The notes under the pieces: generated by a model
Databases searched by the model: none
Told to the model about the DNA's origin: nothing
What the model saw: only the letters and a program-made list of their open reading frames with translations
Program-made: the position numbers and the translations under genes
NCBI GenBank assembly: GCA_045594645.1
Contig: JAZNYY010000043.1
Location: 3,562 to 67,561 of the forward strand
DNA length: 64,000 nucleotides
Origin: Candidatus Fimenecus sp.
GTDB taxonomy: Bacteria; Bacillota; Clostridia; Oscillospirales; Acutalibacteraceae
Direction of reading: 5' to 3'
In this document: piece after piece, positions 63,614 to 64,000 of the stretch
Position numbering within the stretch: the stretch's first letter is position 1
How the letters are laid out: each line of letters starts with the position of its first letter

Positions 63614-64000
63614 TTATTCCTGCAATTCTTTTAAAATCTCTTTAATATCTTGTCGAACATAAGTCGGCTTAATTTCACTGTTTTCAATATCCTCAAGTGT
63701 GCTTTCACCGCTTAATACGCAGATTGTATCAACCCCTGCGTTAACACCCGAAGCAATATCGGTATAAAGTCTGTCACCGATAACAACAGTTTCTTCCTTT
63801 GTAAACGGTGAACGCTCAACAGAAAAATCAATCATAAAGCCGTCGGGCTTGCCGATATAAAGCGGTCTGCGGTTTGTGGCGTAATTTATCGCCTCGCACA
63901 TTGCAAAGCAATCGGGCACAAGACCGAATTCCGTTGGGCAACCTCTGTCGGGATTTGTTGCGATGTACGGGATATCCCTTTTAGTCTGCAACAAATATGA
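63614..64000 (-). CDS. HAD-IIA family hydrolase (NagD-like), 5'-truncated by window edge
   Basis: The motifs IGKPDGFMIDF and VIGDRLYTDIASGVNAGVDTICVLSGEST are present. The ORF runs off the end of the window. Confidence 0.75.
   Translation of the reverse strand, partial: SYLLQTKRDIPYIATNPDRGCPTEFGLVPDCFAMCEAINYATNRRPLYIGKPDGFMIDFSVERSPFTKEETVVIGDRLYTDIASGVNAGVDTICVLSGESTLEDIENSEIKPTYVRQDIKEILKELQE

Overview
This is a 64 kb chromosomal window from a low-GC, endospore-forming Firmicute that looks Clostridia-like. Supporting genes are dpaA/dpaB, a type-2 GalT, MurT/GatD, a T-box-controlled valS, and the rimP-nusA-ylxR-ylxQ-infB-rbfA-nrnA-truB-ribF operon. All calls rest on motif and architecture recognition by eye; no BLAST or HMM search was possible.

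Layout:
- 0-8.1 kb: the distal part of an Mrp/Mbh-like antiporter operon with four NuoL/M/N-type subunits.
- 8-23.7 kb: TspO, an MFS transporter, galT, a secreted hydrolase, an S1-domain protein, prfA, tsaC, coaE, an M18 aminopeptidase, dpaAB, murC and ung.
- 23.7-30.8 kb: a sugar block of MFS, GH13 alpha-glucosidase, eda, kdgK, uxuB and uxuA.
- 30.8-43.4 kb: housekeeping genes (rsmI, a tRNA methyltransferase, MgtC, a degenerate P-type-ATPase-like protein, rlmB, murT-gatD, H+/Na+-PPase).
- 43.5-48.3 kb: an accessory island, described below.
- 48.4-64 kb: a sortase-type surface protein, the nusA-infB operon, an Fe-ADH, a DUF559 gene embedded in a structured repeat, valS, and three further genes.

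Best candidate for something new: the 43.5-48.3 kb island carries only phage-type genes but has no integrase, capsid or tail genes. One tight operon encodes a sigma-like factor, an 84-aa protein, a leaderless collagen/SGNH fibre-like protein, a GH25 lysin, XhlA and a holin. It sits behind a consensus promoter carrying a perfect LexA (Cheo) box. Next to it is a separate XRE switch with three operators phased exactly 30 bp apart.

Other notable items are a family of multi-hairpin intergenic repeats, one copy of which surrounds the DUF559 nuclease-fold gene; a P1B-ATPase homologue that has lost every catalytic motif and is coupled to MgtC; and a GatD homologue that appears to lack the catalytic Cys.
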